Source: an uncultured Planctomycetota bacterium
GTDB lineage: Bacteria; Planctomycetota; Planctomycetia; Isosphaerales; Isosphaeraceae
Direction: 5' to 3'
NCBI GenBank assembly: GCA_963845755.1
Contig: CAWJTV010000014.1
Span: forward strand, 1-64,000
Length of the DNA stretch: 64,000 bases
Numbering within the stretch: the stretch's first letter is position 1; each line of letters starts with the position of its first letter. Below, one piece after another: positions 21,048 to 32,322 of the stretch. Position numbers and translations under genes: made by a program. The notes beneath the pieces were generated by a model that worked only from the letters and a program-made list of their open reading frames with translations, made no database searches and was not told the origin of the DNA.

Positions 21048-21968
21048 TCAGTCCGGACGCTTGAGCGAACGAGCGAAGAGATCGAACGCGCCGAGCTTCT
21101 CAGCGAGGGCGGAAAGCTCACCGGTCGAGAGGTTGCGAAGCGGCGGGCGGACGGGGCCGCAGTTGACTCCGATCAGGGCCATGACGGCCTTCGCGGCGGA
21201 GGAGAAGCCGAATTCGCACAGGACCTGAACCATCCGGGCGGACTGGAACTGGGCGGCGCGGGCGGCCGGGAGATCGCCGGCCTCGAACGCGCGGATCAGC
21301 CGTTGATAGTGCGGACCGGCGAAGTTGTACGTACACCCCACGGCGCCCCGGACGCCCAGGCACCAGCCGGCGAGAAGGAATTCGTCCTGTCCGAAGACCA
21401 CCTCGAAGGCACCGTCATCGGCGTGGACGCACTCCTGGAGCTCGACCAGGTCCGAGTGCGAGAATTTCAGGCCGCGGAGGTTGGGGATCCGGAACCGGGC
21501 CTCGTGGAGGAACTCGGCGATCGGCAGCCGGAGGTTGGTCATCCCGGGGATGTGGTAATAGTAGAAGGGCAAGGGATCGGCCTCGGCGGCGATCGGGACG
21601 CAGAAGTCGATCAGGTCGTTCACGGTCGCCGGCTTGAAATAGCTCGGAGCCACGGCCGCGACCGCCGACGCACCCGCTTGCCGCGCGTGGGCTGCCAGCG
21701 CCAGGGCGTCGGCCAGACAGTTGTGACCCACGTGGACGACCACGCGGAAGTCCGTCCCCGCCACCTCGACCCAGCGCTCGCAGAGCGCCATGCGTTCCTC
21801 CTGGGTCAGCGACGAGAATTCACCGGTCGTCCCCGCGACAAACACGCCGCGCATCCCCGATTCCCGGAACAGCTCCGCCTGGCGCGGGACGACCGCGAGG
21901 TCAAGTCGTCCGCGCCGATCGAACGGGGTGTGGCAAGCGGGAATCAATCCGGTCAGCAAGCCTGGCAT
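21048..21968 (-). CDS. Dihydrodipicolinate synthase family aldolase (N-acetylneuraminate lyase-like)
   Basis: GTTGE, VVVHVG, PSYFKP, YYYHIP, GLKFS Schiff-base Lys, GAVGCTYN. Confidence 0.88.
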   Translation of the reverse strand: MPGLLTGLIPACHTPFDRRGRLDLAVVPRQAELFRESGMRGVFVAGTTGEFSSLTQEERMALCERWVEVAGTDFRVVVHVGHNCLADALALAAHARQAGASAVAAVAPSYFKPATVNDLIDFCVPIAAEADPLPFYYYHIPGMTNLRLPIAEFLHEARFRIPNLRGLKFSHSDLVELQECVHADDGAFEVVFGQDEFLLAGWCLGVRGAVGCTYNFAGPHYQRLIRAFEAGDLPAARAAQFQSARMVQVLCEFGFSSAAKAVMALIGVNCGPVRPPLRNLSTGELSALAEKLGAFDLFARSLKRPD

Positions 21969-22187
21969 GAAGTCGCTCCGCTCCAGTGTTCGGTTTTCCG
22001 TGTTCGGTTTTCCGCGAGTCATCAGGCCGTTACGGAAAACGGAAAAAACCGGATATCAATTTAATGGTTGGATGGCCCGAAGGCAAATCCGGAACGGACG
22101 GTTGCCCTGGGCCTGGGGCCGACATACCATCGTGGATGACCGCTGACGACTCATCGATCGGATTCCATCGAAGTAAGGGCTAGCATC

Positions 22188-22931
22188 ATGATGAAGTCGA
22201 TCGTCCGCTCTGTCTTGACCGTGGCCTTGGCCTGCGGGTTGGCCGTCTCCCCCGGCCGGGCATCGGCCGGCGAGGATGGCTGGATCGAGCTCATTGGCGA
22301 CCATGGGCTGGCCGACTGGCGAAAGCCGACCGGCGACTGGGTCGTGGCGGGCGACTCGCGGCCCGACCCCAAGAACCCCAGGCTCCTGGTCCCGCAACTG
22401 GGCGGCGGGGTCATCGTCAACGGTCCGAGCGGCCGGACCCGGAATCTCCTGAGCCAGGAAAAGTACGGCGACCTCGAAGCCCACTTCGAGTTCTTGATCC
22501 CCAAGGGCTCCAATTCCGGCGTGAAGTTCCAGGGCCTGTATGAGATCCAGATCTTCGATAGCTTCGGCGAGGCCAAGCTGACCGCGAACCAGAACGGCGG
22601 CATCTATCCCCGGGCCGAGCTGCTTCCCAGGTACCACTATCTCGACGACGGCGTGCCTCCCCGTGTCAACGCCTCACGGCCGTCCGGCGAGTGGCAGACG
22701 CTCGACGTCATCTTCCGTGCCCCGCGGTTCGATGCCGGCGGCAAGAAGGTCGCCAACGCGCGGTTCGACAAGGTGACCTTGAATGGCCAGGTGATCCACG
22801 AGAACGTGGAGCTCAAGACGCCCACGGGACACGCCTGGCATAACAAGGAAGTCGCGAAGGGACCGATCCTCCTCCAGGCCGATCACGGACCGGTCGCCTT
22901 CCGCAAGATCCGCGTGCGGCGAACGGATTAG
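22188..22931 (+). CDS. DUF1080 (3-keto-disaccharide hydrolase family) exported protein
   Basis: Signal peptide; NSGV, YEIQI.DS, GEWQ, LNGQVIH, LQADHGPVAFR. Confidence 0.9.
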   Translation: MMKSIVRSVLTVALACGLAVSPGRASAGEDGWIELIGDHGLADWRKPTGDWVVAGDSRPDPKNPRLLVPQLGGGVIVNGPSGRTRNLLSQEKYGDLEAHFEFLIPKGSNSGVKFQGLYEIQIFDSFGEAKLTANQNGGIYPRAELLPRYHYLDDGVPPRVNASRPSGEWQTLDVIFRAPRFDAGGKKVANARFDKVTLNGQVIHENVELKTPTGHAWHNKEVAKGPILLQADHGPVAFRKIRVRRTD

Positions 22932-23959
22932 TCCGGCGACCCGACCAGCGGGCTCGATTCGCCGGCACGTTCGGGCGCATCAGCGGACTGCTGTTGTTGC
23001 CCTTGCTGCTGTCGGTAGGCCAACTGGCTGCTGAGCTTGATCCGTTGCTCCTGGCGTTGCGACTGCAACCAAGACGTGGTCGACCAGGGCGCCTCGGTCG
23101 TGGACCATTCGGTCCAGCCGTTCGGCACCCGGTCGATGGGGTCGACCTTGACGCTGACCGAGATGGTCTCGCGAGCACGCCCCTTCCAGACGCCGCGGTT
23201 GGGCGGCACGTCGGAATAATCGCGGCCGAGGGCGATCCTGACATGGTCGTCTCCGGGGAACGTTTCGTGGGTGGGGTCAACGTCCACCCAGCCGCTTCGC
23301 CCCGCCCAGACCTGGCACCAGGCATGAGTGGCGACTTCTCCCGGCTGGTGAATGTAGCCGCTGACATAGCGGGCCGGCAGGCCGATCCCCCGGCATGCTC
23401 CGAGGAAGAGATGGGCGAAGTCCTGGCAGACTCCCCGGCCCAGCCTCAGCGCCTCACCAACCGGCGTCCGCGCCGTGGTGACCTTCTTCTCGTAGGCCAG
23501 GCGCGATCGGACCGCCGCGGCCAGTTGACGGATCACATCCACCAGCAGTCCCTCCGGACGCGGCAGGGCGGCGAGGAATTCCTCCAACTCCGGACAGTGC
23601 TTCACCAGCGGACTGGGCTGGAGATACTCGATCGTCGACGCCGTGCGAAAGTCCTCGTGCTGCAAGTCGCAGGCGACGCCCGCCATCCGCTCCTCCGCGA
23701 CGGCTCCCCGGTGCATTCGAACGATCGAGGTCGCCCGGATCGTCAGCTCCTGGTAACTCGTGAGGATATTGAAGAGGTTGACCCGATTGCCGAAACCGTC
23801 GCGATAGATGGTCACCGGGACCGAGGGGACCGTGCGCAGATGGTAGCCCAGGTTCGTCTGATCCTCGTCCGAGGGCGGAGCCATCCGCACCTCGAAGACC
23901 GTCTCCGAGATCGGGTCGGAATAGGCGAGCTTGGTTTCGTGCTGGACGCGAAGCAACAT
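22928..23959 (-). CDS. Transglutaminase-like protein with N-terminal bacterial transglutaminase domain and Q-rich tail
   Basis: HET.LAY, YRDGFGN, GVCQDFAH, ARYVSGY, THAW, DPT, GRDYSDVPP. Confidence 0.92.
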   Translation of the reverse strand: MLLRVQHETKLAYSDPISETVFEVRMAPPSDEDQTNLGYHLRTVPSVPVTIYRDGFGNRVNLFNILTSYQELTIRATSIVRMHRGAVAEERMAGVACDLQHEDFRTASTIEYLQPSPLVKHCPELEEFLAALPRPEGLLVDVIRQLAAAVRSRLAYEKKVTTARTPVGEALRLGRGVCQDFAHLFLGACRGIGLPARYVSGYIHQPGEVATHAWCQVWAGRSGWVDVDPTHETFPGDDHVRIALGRDYSDVPPNRGVWKGRARETISVSVKVDPIDRVPNGWTEWSTTEAPWSTTSWLQSQRQEQRIKLSSQLAYRQQQGQQQQSADAPERAGESSPLVGSPD

Positions 23960-23969
23960 GGATTCGTCC

Positions 23970-24926
23970 CTAAGCCAGGAAGAACGTGTGCTGGATCTCT
24001 TCGCCGACGCGGCGACACGTGGTCTGGATTCCGTCGAGGAACGGGAGCAATCCGCGCTCGAAGATCTCGCCGACGTCGATATACCGCAGCTCGCTCTCCA
24101 GCCGGCCCAGCAGCCGCTCGGCCTCCTGACGTCCTCATCCTCGTCGCCGCCGGCGATCTCGCGGAGCGACTCCCGACATCGGGCCACGCAGAACCGGATC
24201 GTACGCGGGAAATCGGGGTCGAGCACCAGGAAGCGGATCACGCCGACCGGTTCCACCCGGTCGCGCTCGGTGCGGAGATACGCCCCATACGCCGAGCAGC
24301 TCCTCAGCAGCCCGGTCCAACGGACCAGTTCCAGGCCCACGTCGGGACCGTCCGATCCCGATGGGAGGCTCCGGCACTTGGCGTACAGAATCCGGCCGAT
24401 CACGTCAACCCGTTCCAGGTATCGGCCGAGCCGGAGGAAATGGTAGACCTCGTCGCGCGAAAGGGTGTTCTGGATCAATCCATCGAAGAGGATACACGAC
24501 TGCTTGATCGCCGCATAGAATCCCGATGGGCTGGATTGGAACCGGCGGCGAGCGCGCTGGCTACAGATATAAAGGTAAAGGCGGTTGACCTGGCTCCAGG
24601 CGTCGACTCCGAGGCTCTCCTGAGTGCCGCGGGCGTTCTCGCGGGCCCGGGCGATCATGCCGAGGATCGACTGAGGATTGGCCCGGTCGAAGGTCAAGAA
24701 GTTCAGGACGGCGGTGCGTTCGGCGGCCGGATGTGTGGAATCGAAAGGCCTCGCGGCATGCGAGGATGTTGAGCGCGATCTCGACCGGGGCCGAACCGTC
24801 ATCGACGGAGCTGTTTCCGGCATCGAGCTCGAGGTACAGCCCGATATCGAGCAGCCGCGCGACGTTCTCGGCGCGTTCGAGATAGCGACTCATCCAGAAG
24901 AGGTTCTCGGCCACCCGGCTCAGCAT
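23970..24926 (-). CDS. Alpha-E domain protein (DUF403), indels near 24750 and 24125
   Basis: [42 protein letters not shown]. Confidence 0.88.
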
Positions 24927-24990
24927 GATCGACTCGACTCCCCGAAGCTCGTCTGCGGCTCCTCACAATAATGGGTGACGATTCTCAGTC

Positions 24991-26500
24991 TCAGGTCCCG
25001 CTTGCCGGCAGGGCGGAAACCGGCCGATCGGCCGTTGCGTCGCGGAGCACCCAGGTATCCTTGGTCCCGCCCCCTTGCGAGCTGTTGACCACCAGGCTCC
25101 CCTCCGGCAAGGCGACGCGGGTCAGCCCGCCGGGCATGACGATGACCCGTTCGCCGTAGAGCACGAAGGGACGCAGGTCGATGTGGCGCCCGTCCAGCCG
25201 GCCGTCGACGAAGGTCGGGTGACGGCTGAGGTTGATCGTCGGCTGGGCGATGTAGCCCCGCGGATTGGCCTCGATCTTCCGCGCGAACTCCTCGCGTTGG
25301 TCCGCGGTCGAGGCCGGACCGATCAGCATGCCGTATCCCCCGGAGGCATCGACCGCCTTGACCACCAGCTTGTCGAGGTTGGCGAGGATGTGCTGGCGGT
25401 GCGCGGGGACCAGCGGCCGGAACGTCTCCACATTTTCCAGGATCGGCTCTTCCCCGAGGAAATATCGGATGATCTCGGGCACGAACGGATAGATCCCCTT
25501 GTCGTCGGCCACGCCCGTGCCCACCGAGTTGGCCAGCCCGATGTTCCCGGCGTGGTAGGCGCCGATCGAGCCCGGCGACGCCCAGCATGCTGTCGTGGCG
25601 GAACGTGAGCGGGTCGAGGAAATCGTCATCGATCCGTCGGTAGATCACATCGACTCGACGGAGGCCGCGGGTCGTGCGCCGGAAGACCTGGCCCCGGTCG
25701 AGCAGCAGGTCGCGCCCTTCCACCAGCTCGACGCCCATCTGCCGGGCGAGGAAGCTGTGCTCGTAATAGGCCGAGTTGTAAATGCCGGGGCTCAGGACCA
25801 CGACGGTCGGGTCGTCGCAGGCTTCCGGCGCGATCCATCGGAGCACGGCCAAGAGGTTGTCCGTGTAGTCGTCGACCGGCCGCACGTTGTACCGCTCGAA
25901 CAGGAGCGGGAAGACCTCCTTCATGACCTGCCGGTTCTTGAGGACGTAGCTGACTCCGGAGGGCGTCCGGCAATTGTCCTCCAGGACCAGGAAGCGGCCG
26001 TCGCTGTCGCGGATCAGGTCGATGCCGGAGACATGGATGTAGATGTCGCGAGGGACCCGGAGCCCGACGCACTGCCGGCGATATCCCGAGGCCCCGAAGA
26101 CCAGCTCGGCGGGGAACCACGCGGTCCTTGAGGATCCGACGCTGTTGGTAGACGTCGCCGATGAACAGGTTCAGGGCCCGAACCCTCTGCTCCAACCCGC
26201 GCTCGATGACCGTCCACTCCTCGGCGTCGATCAGCCGCGGGATCGGGTCGAAGGGGATGATCCGCTCGACACCCTGCTCGCGGCCGTAGACCGTGAACGT
26301 GATCCCCTGTTGTCGCATCGTCAAGTCGGCCACCCGATGACGGCGCTCGAGTTCCTCGGGGCTGAGCTTCAGGAGCCGTTCGCAGAGCGCACGATAGTGC
26401 GGTCGCGGGCGACCTGCGCCCCGCGAACATCTCGTCGTAGGGCGTGAGTCGATAGCGATCGAACAGTGTCGGCCTCGTCGGGCGGTTGTGTCGCAAGCAT
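24991..26500 (-). CDS. Circularly permuted type 2 ATP-grasp protein, several indels
   Basis: [64 protein letters not shown] across consecutive frames. Confidence 0.9.
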
Positions 26501-26920
26501 CGTTGGCCCGGAAGATGGAGGGTGCCGTTGGATCGTAAGCCAGGAATCCATTCGCCGGGAGAGAAAGGACGGCGAACGAACCGCGGCCGGGGAGAGGAAG
26601 GAGTCGGCTACGGGCTCGGCTGTCTGACCAAACTCGCGATCGGACAAACCCTCGATTCGTCTGAAGCCTGGGAACGCCGCCGTTCTCAGAATCTTTGTAT
26701 CACGGGTTTCGATTCCAATCCAGAGACAAGTCGATTCTACCGGGAAGGAAGCGGGCCGACGAATCGCATTCCCGCTCGATGGTCGATGGGGTCAAGGCGT
26801 TGGCAATGCGATCACGATCTGGCTAGAATGCCCATCTCCGCCGTTCCCGCGGGGCCCTCTACGCATCGGCGGTCGTCGCCAGCCAACCAACCGAATCTCT
26901 CCCACCGCGGAGCCCATACG

Positions 26921-28531
26921 ATGAATCCCGAGCCGATCGACCGCCGTGCCGCCTTGCGGCGAATCGCCGTGGCCGGCGTCGGTGCAAGCGTCGCGACGGC
27001 CGCGCCGAGCGCCATTCGCGCGCGGGGCCAGGCTGCCGGCGAGATGTCCATCACGGTGTTGCTGGATGAGCCGATCGGCACGATCCGCCCGGCGATCTAC
27101 AGCCAGTTTGCCGAGCACATCGGCGGCGTGATCTACGACGGGATCTGGGTCGGCCCCGATTCCAAGGTCGCCAACATCGACGGCGTTCGCCGGACTCTCC
27201 TCGAGCACGTCAAGCAGCTCGGGCCCGTGGTCGTGCGCTGGCCGGGCGGTTGCTTCGCGGACAGGTACCACTGGCGCGATGGGATCGGGCCGACATCGAA
27301 GCGACCTCGCCGGTTCGGCCGATGGCGCGAGGAGACCGAGTCGAATCAGTTCGGCACCCACGAGTTCATCCGCTTCTGCCAGCTCTGCGGCGTCGAGCCC
27401 TATTTCGCGGCGAACGTCGGCACCGGCTCGCCCGAAGAGTTCCAGCAATGGGTCGAGTATTGCAACGCACCCGCGGGTTCGACGACCCTCGCCGACGAGC
27501 GGTCGGCCAACGGCCGCCGCGAACCGTTCGGCATCCGCTACTGGGGCGTCGGCAACGAGAGCTGGGGATGCGGCGGCAAGTTCATACCCGAAGACTACTG
27601 TCGCGAGTACCGGCGGTTCACCGAGTGGGTGCCGTCCTATGGAGTTGACCTCTACCTGATCGCCGCCGGTCCCAACAGCAACGACCTCGACTGGACCCGC
27701 CGGTTCTTCGCCCGATGGGCCGACGGCGCGCAGGCGCCCATCCACGGCTGGGCCCCTCACTACTACTGCGGGACCACGGGCCACGCCCTCAAGTTCAGCC
27801 GCGACCAGTGGTACGAGCAGCTCTTCAAGGCCAACAAGATGGAGGCCCTCATCAAGGACCAGTGGACTGCCATCGGCGAATTCGACCGCAAGCACACGAT
27901 CAAGCTGATCGTCGACGAGTGGGGGAGCTGGCATCCGGCCGGGACCGAGATCAACCCGCGCCACCTCTTCGAACAGATGGGCACCCTGCGCAATGCGCTC
28001 GTGGCCGCCCTCTCGCTCGACACCTTCAACCGCCATGCCGACAAGGTCAACATGGCGAACGTCGCGCAGCTCGTGAACAACCTCCACTCGCTGTTCCTGG
28101 CCGATGGTGACCAGTTCGTCGCGACCCCGACTTTCCACGTCTACGCCATGTATCGCGCGCATCAGGGTGCCAAGTCCGTGCGGATCGACGTCCAGGCGGA
28201 TGAGCTCACGTTCCAGTCGGCCGGCGGCCAGGCCGAGCGGATCTTCCGCCTCGCCGGCTCGGCCTCGCGCACGGGCCTCAAAGACATTACGTTGACCCTC
28301 GTGCATACTCATGCAACCGAACCCGCGGAGATCGCGATTCGACTCAAAGCCGGCGCGGCGGAAGACGTGCGGCACACGGTCCTCACCGACTCCGAGTTGA
28401 ACGCCCATAACACGTTCCAACGCCCGGATGCCGTGAAGCCCCGGACGCTCCCCAACGCGTCGCGTGGGGCCGAGCTCCGCGGCACGCTCCCACCCGCCTC
28501 GGTCAATCGCTTCGAGATCCGCCTGGCGTGA
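26921..28531 (+). CDS. Alpha-L-arabinofuranosidase (GH51), Tat-exported
   Basis: DRRAAL signal; FAEHIG, RWPGGCFAD.YHW, FGTHEF, GNE, DEWG.W, MAN.AQLVN. Confidence 0.93.
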   Translation: MNPEPIDRRAALRRIAVAGVGASVATAAPSAIRARGQAAGEMSITVLLDEPIGTIRPAIYSQFAEHIGGVIYDGIWVGPDSKVANIDGVRRTLLEHVKQLGPVVVRWPGGCFADRYHWRDGIGPTSKRPRRFGRWREETESNQFGTHEFIRFCQLCGVEPYFAANVGTGSPEEFQQWVEYCNAPAGSTTLADERSANGRREPFGIRYWGVGNESWGCGGKFIPEDYCREYRRFTEWVPSYGVDLYLIAAGPNSNDLDWTRRFFARWADGAQAPIHGWAPHYYCGTTGHALKFSRDQWYEQLFKANKMEALIKDQWTAIGEFDRKHTIKLIVDEWGSWHPAGTEINPRHLFEQMGTLRNALVAALSLDTFNRHADKVNMANVAQLVNNLHSLFLADGDQFVATPTFHVYAMYRAHQGAKSVRIDVQADELTFQSAGGQAERIFRLAGSASRTGLKDITLTLVHTHATEPAEIAIRLKAGAAEDVRHTVLTDSELNAHNTFQRPDAVKPRTLPNASRGAELRGTLPPASVNRFEIRLA

Positions 28532-28948
28532 GAATAACACGGATGGCTGAAGCCGACGGCCGAACCGACCTTTCCACGCCTCGGACGACCGAACGGCGAA
28601 CTCCCGGAATCGGCAGGATGGACGCTTCTGGTCCACAATCGGGCGCAAGCTTTGCTGCGTAATCGTTCTCATCAATCTTGGTGCGTCGCGATCTGCCACC
28701 CTTAGCCAGACTCCCTGCTTTAACATGAAAGTGGACAACAGGAAAAAGGGGGAAGACGGGTTCTGAGTGAGACGGATGAAATGGGAGATCGTCCGTGGTG
28801 GGCCGAGTGTCACTCGGCCTCTGTTCCCGGACGAATGGGAGCGCAACAACCGAGATTGTTGGATCGCATAATCTGGGCCCGTTGGTCTGGTCGCAGATCG
28901 GTGTCCCTGTAAGTGGAGAGGATCACGCAAGTCAGGAGGTAATCACCA

Positions 28949-29710
28949 ATGCGAAACATCGTGAAAACCTGTGCCGTTCTGGCAATTCTCGGCTGGCTTG
29001 GGGGCGCGGAAAGGGCCTTCGGACAAGCCGGCTCATCCGGGCCTGCGGGGCGTGCTGCCGTAGGTCTAGAGGCTGTTGAGCAGGCTGGCTCGGTCACACC
29101 GATGCCGGCCGGGAGTGGGGCGGTCCAAACCCCATCACCGGGCTCGCTCGTGACGAGTCCCAACAACCTCGCGCAGCAGGCCAACCAGAAGGTCCAAGCC
29201 GCCACGACAGCTCCGGGAACCGGGCAGCCATCCTTGGGCAATCCGAATCCGGTGACGACCAATCCGGCAACCATAGTACCGGGGACCGCGACTACCGGGA
29301 CGCCTCCCTCGAACTACGTGCCCGGGACCGTCCCGGGATCCCCGTCTGGAGCCACCATGGTCGCACCGGGGTATGCGGGAACCGGCGAACCCGGGATGAA
29401 CTACACGTCCGTCAATCCCATGGGGGTCACGATGGCTCCGGGGTCGTATTACTCCGGATTGCCGGTGACGACCTACCGTTCGATGTACGTCACACCCGGC
29501 TACGTCCCCGCGAACCAGACCTATTACTACACCAATTCGGGGGGGACCTACGTGCCCCAGCGACGCCGAGGGCTCTTCGGCGGGCTATTCGGGCGTCGCC
29601 GCCAGGTCTATTCGACCGCGCCTTACGGTTACACGTACGGCACAGCGCCGGTCACGTATACCTACGGCACAGCGCCGACCACGTACACCTACGTCCCGGC
29701 TCCCTATTAA
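28949..29710 (+). CDS. Secreted low-complexity P/T/G/Y-rich protein
   Basis: AGGAGGT RBS, signal peptide, RRRGLFGGLFGRRR patch, repeated YGTAP units at the C-terminus. Confidence 0.75.
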   Translation: MRNIVKTCAVLAILGWLGGAERAFGQAGSSGPAGRAAVGLEAVEQAGSVTPMPAGSGAVQTPSPGSLVTSPNNLAQQANQKVQAATTAPGTGQPSLGNPNPVTTNPATIVPGTATTGTPPSNYVPGTVPGSPSGATMVAPGYAGTGEPGMNYTSVNPMGVTMAPGSYYSGLPVTTYRSMYVTPGYVPANQTYYYTNSGGTYVPQRRRGLFGGLFGRRRQVYSTAPYGYTYGTAPVTYTYGTAPTTYTYVPAPY

Positions 29711-30220
29711 TCGGTATCGGGAAAATCGAACTCGGCTCATGAGCCGGGAAGGGTAACCACACTCGACCCCGGCTCCCGGCTAGTGGATGCAACTCACCAT
29801 CCCGCCTCGACTTCTGGTGATTTGCACCCATCCTGCACCCAAGGGTGTTACCCGAATCGGCCCATGAGCCTCCTCTTTCCCAAGTTTCGTTTCCCCTCTG
29901 GATTGTCGTCCTCGCCGAGCCCTCCACACGCCGAGTCCAGCGATCCTCACCGGCTCCCACGCAGTGAGCTTCCAAGGAAGCGCAGGATCCCGCCGATTCA
30001 CCCGAGCCGCCACATCTTGTTGGTTCGGTTCCGGAACCTTATCCTGGAACAACTCTTGCGGTGTGCGAGGGGTCGCCGATCGACCGTGGCTGGACAAGGG
30101 TCTCCCAGCAGTGAGCCGGGCGAGCGGTGCGATTCGCCGATGTGACGAACGACCCACCAGCACCAGTCGCACACTCCCGGAACAGCTTCCACGTTCGACT
30201 CGCGATGGCAGGAGACGGTC

Positions 30221-32303
30221 ATGGACAGCGGTGGCCGACCCATCCACAGATACGGAGTCTTCCATGGCGCCCTGAGACGCATCGGTCTCGCGGAGCTCGT
30301 CGTGCTGCTGGCGGTCCTCACGGGGATCGCGCTCCAGGCGGCGGAACCACCTCGTCGTGCCACGAAGAATCAGGCCGATCTGGCTGCCTATGACGCCCTG
30401 ATCACCGCCGAGGACCGCGACCACTGGGCCTTTGCGGCGCTCAAGGCCCCGAAAGTGCCAGAGGTCCAGAAGACCGCCTGGGTGCAAAATCCGATCGATC
30501 GGTTCGTGCTGGCCGGGCTCGAGCGCCGCGGCTGGGCTCCGGTGCGACCGGCCGAGCCCCGCGCGCTGGTGCGCCGGCTGTTTCTCGACGTGACCGGGTT
30601 GCCCCCCTCGCCCGACGAACAGGCCGACTTCCTGAAGGAGTTCGCACGAGAACCCGACGCGGTCGAGCGATGGGTCAACCGATTGCTAGCCCGTCCCGCC
30701 TACGGCGAGCGATGGGCCCGATACTGGCTCGACCTGGTCCGCTTTGCCGAAACCAACGGTTACGAGCGCGACGCCACCAAACCCTTCGTGTGGCGTTATC
30801 GCGACTATGTCATCCGCGCCTTCAATGCGGACAAGCCCTTCCATCGGTTCGTGATCGAGCAGTTGGCCGGCGATGAGCTGCCGACAGACGAAGTCACAGC
30901 CGAAACCTTGATCGCCACCGGTTATTATCGGCTCGGTCCCTGGGACGACGAGCCGGCCGACCCGAAGCAAGACCGCTACGACCAGCTCGACGACATCGTC
31001 AACACGACGTCCGAGGTCTTCCTCGGGCTGACGATGGGCTGCGCCCGTTGCCACAATCACAAGTTCGAACCGCTGACCATGCATGACTATTACCGGATGG
31101 TCGCGATCTTCGAACCGCTCCAACGACCGGTAAACGGCCGCACCGAGCTGACCCTTCCACTCGGAACCGAGGCGCAGCTTTCGACGGTTCAGAAAAAGGG
31201 GAAGTCGCCCACTCTCTCGCAAGGGTATTTCCTCCACGAACCGTCCGCGAAATCGCCGGTCAGCCACCTCCTGTTCCGGGGCCAGGCGTCAAGCCCGGGT
31301 CCCCTGGTCGGACCGGGCATCCCCACCGTGCTGGTCCCCGCTCAGCCCAGCTTTCCTACGCCCCGACCCGGCATCAACACCTCGCAGCGTCGACTCACTC
31401 TGGCGCGATGGGTGACCAGCAAAGAAAACTCGCTCACGGCCCGCGTGATCGTCAACCGCGTCTGGCAAAACCATTTCGGCGCCGGACTGGTTCGAACTTC
31501 CAGCGACTTCGGCACGATGGGCGAACCCCCGACCCATCCGGAGCTGCTGGACTGGTTGGCCTGCTGGTTCATCGAGCATGGCTGGAGTCTCAAGGCGCTG
31601 AACCGACTGATCTTGACCAGTTCCACGTACCGGCTCAGCACCCAATCCCATCCGCGATACTTCGCTGAGGATCCCGAGGACCGGCTGCTCTGGCGGATGC
31701 CGTACCGACGTCTGGAAGTGGAAGTGATCCGCGACGCGATTCTGACCGCGAGTGGCCGGCTCAACCAGACGATGTACGGACCCAGTGTTTATCCCGCGAT
31801 CTCGCAGTCGGCCCTGGCCGGACACAGTGACCCCGATAAGATCTGGCGTGCGTCTGACGAGGTCTCCGCCTCGCGGCGAACAGTCTATGTGTTCCTGAAG
31901 CGGTCGCTGATCGTCCCGATGCTCGAAGTCCTGGACCTGTGCGACACCGCTCGATCGACGGCCCGCAGGAGTTCCACCAACGTGCCGACCCAGGCCCTGA
32001 CACTTCTCAACAGCGACTTCGTCAACCGGCAGTCTCGATACCTTGCCGACCGATTGGAACAAGAGGCTGGCGCCGATCTCGCATCGCAGATCGAGCGTGC
32101 GTATCTGCTGACCATCGGCCGTCTGCCCAGCCCGGTCGAATGCAAGACTCTGCTCGCATTCCTGGAACACGAATCCCGAGGTCAGCTTGCCGATGCCGCG
32201 CAGCACGGGGACTTCCCTCACGATCCCCGAGGTGCAGCATCGGGCCCTGGCACAGCTCTGCCGCGCGGTCTTCAATATGAGTGAGTTCGTTTATGCAGAC
32301 TGA
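30221..32303 (+). CDS. DUF1549/DUF1553 domain planctomycete protein (indel near 32200)
   Basis: HWAF, NPIDRF, YGERWA..WLD..RFAETNG, CARCH.HKF, ARVIVNRVW..HFG, PTHPELLDWLA, QAL.LLN; FN..EF.Y end in a shifted frame. Confidence 0.92.
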
Positions 32304-32322
32304 TCGGATCGGGAGAAGACCG

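Noticed and set aside
22928..24823. Apparent alpha-E/transglutaminase fusion (631-aa ORF)
   Set aside because: Produced by an indel near 24125; alpha-E has its own stop at 23970 and the transglutaminase its own ATG at 23959
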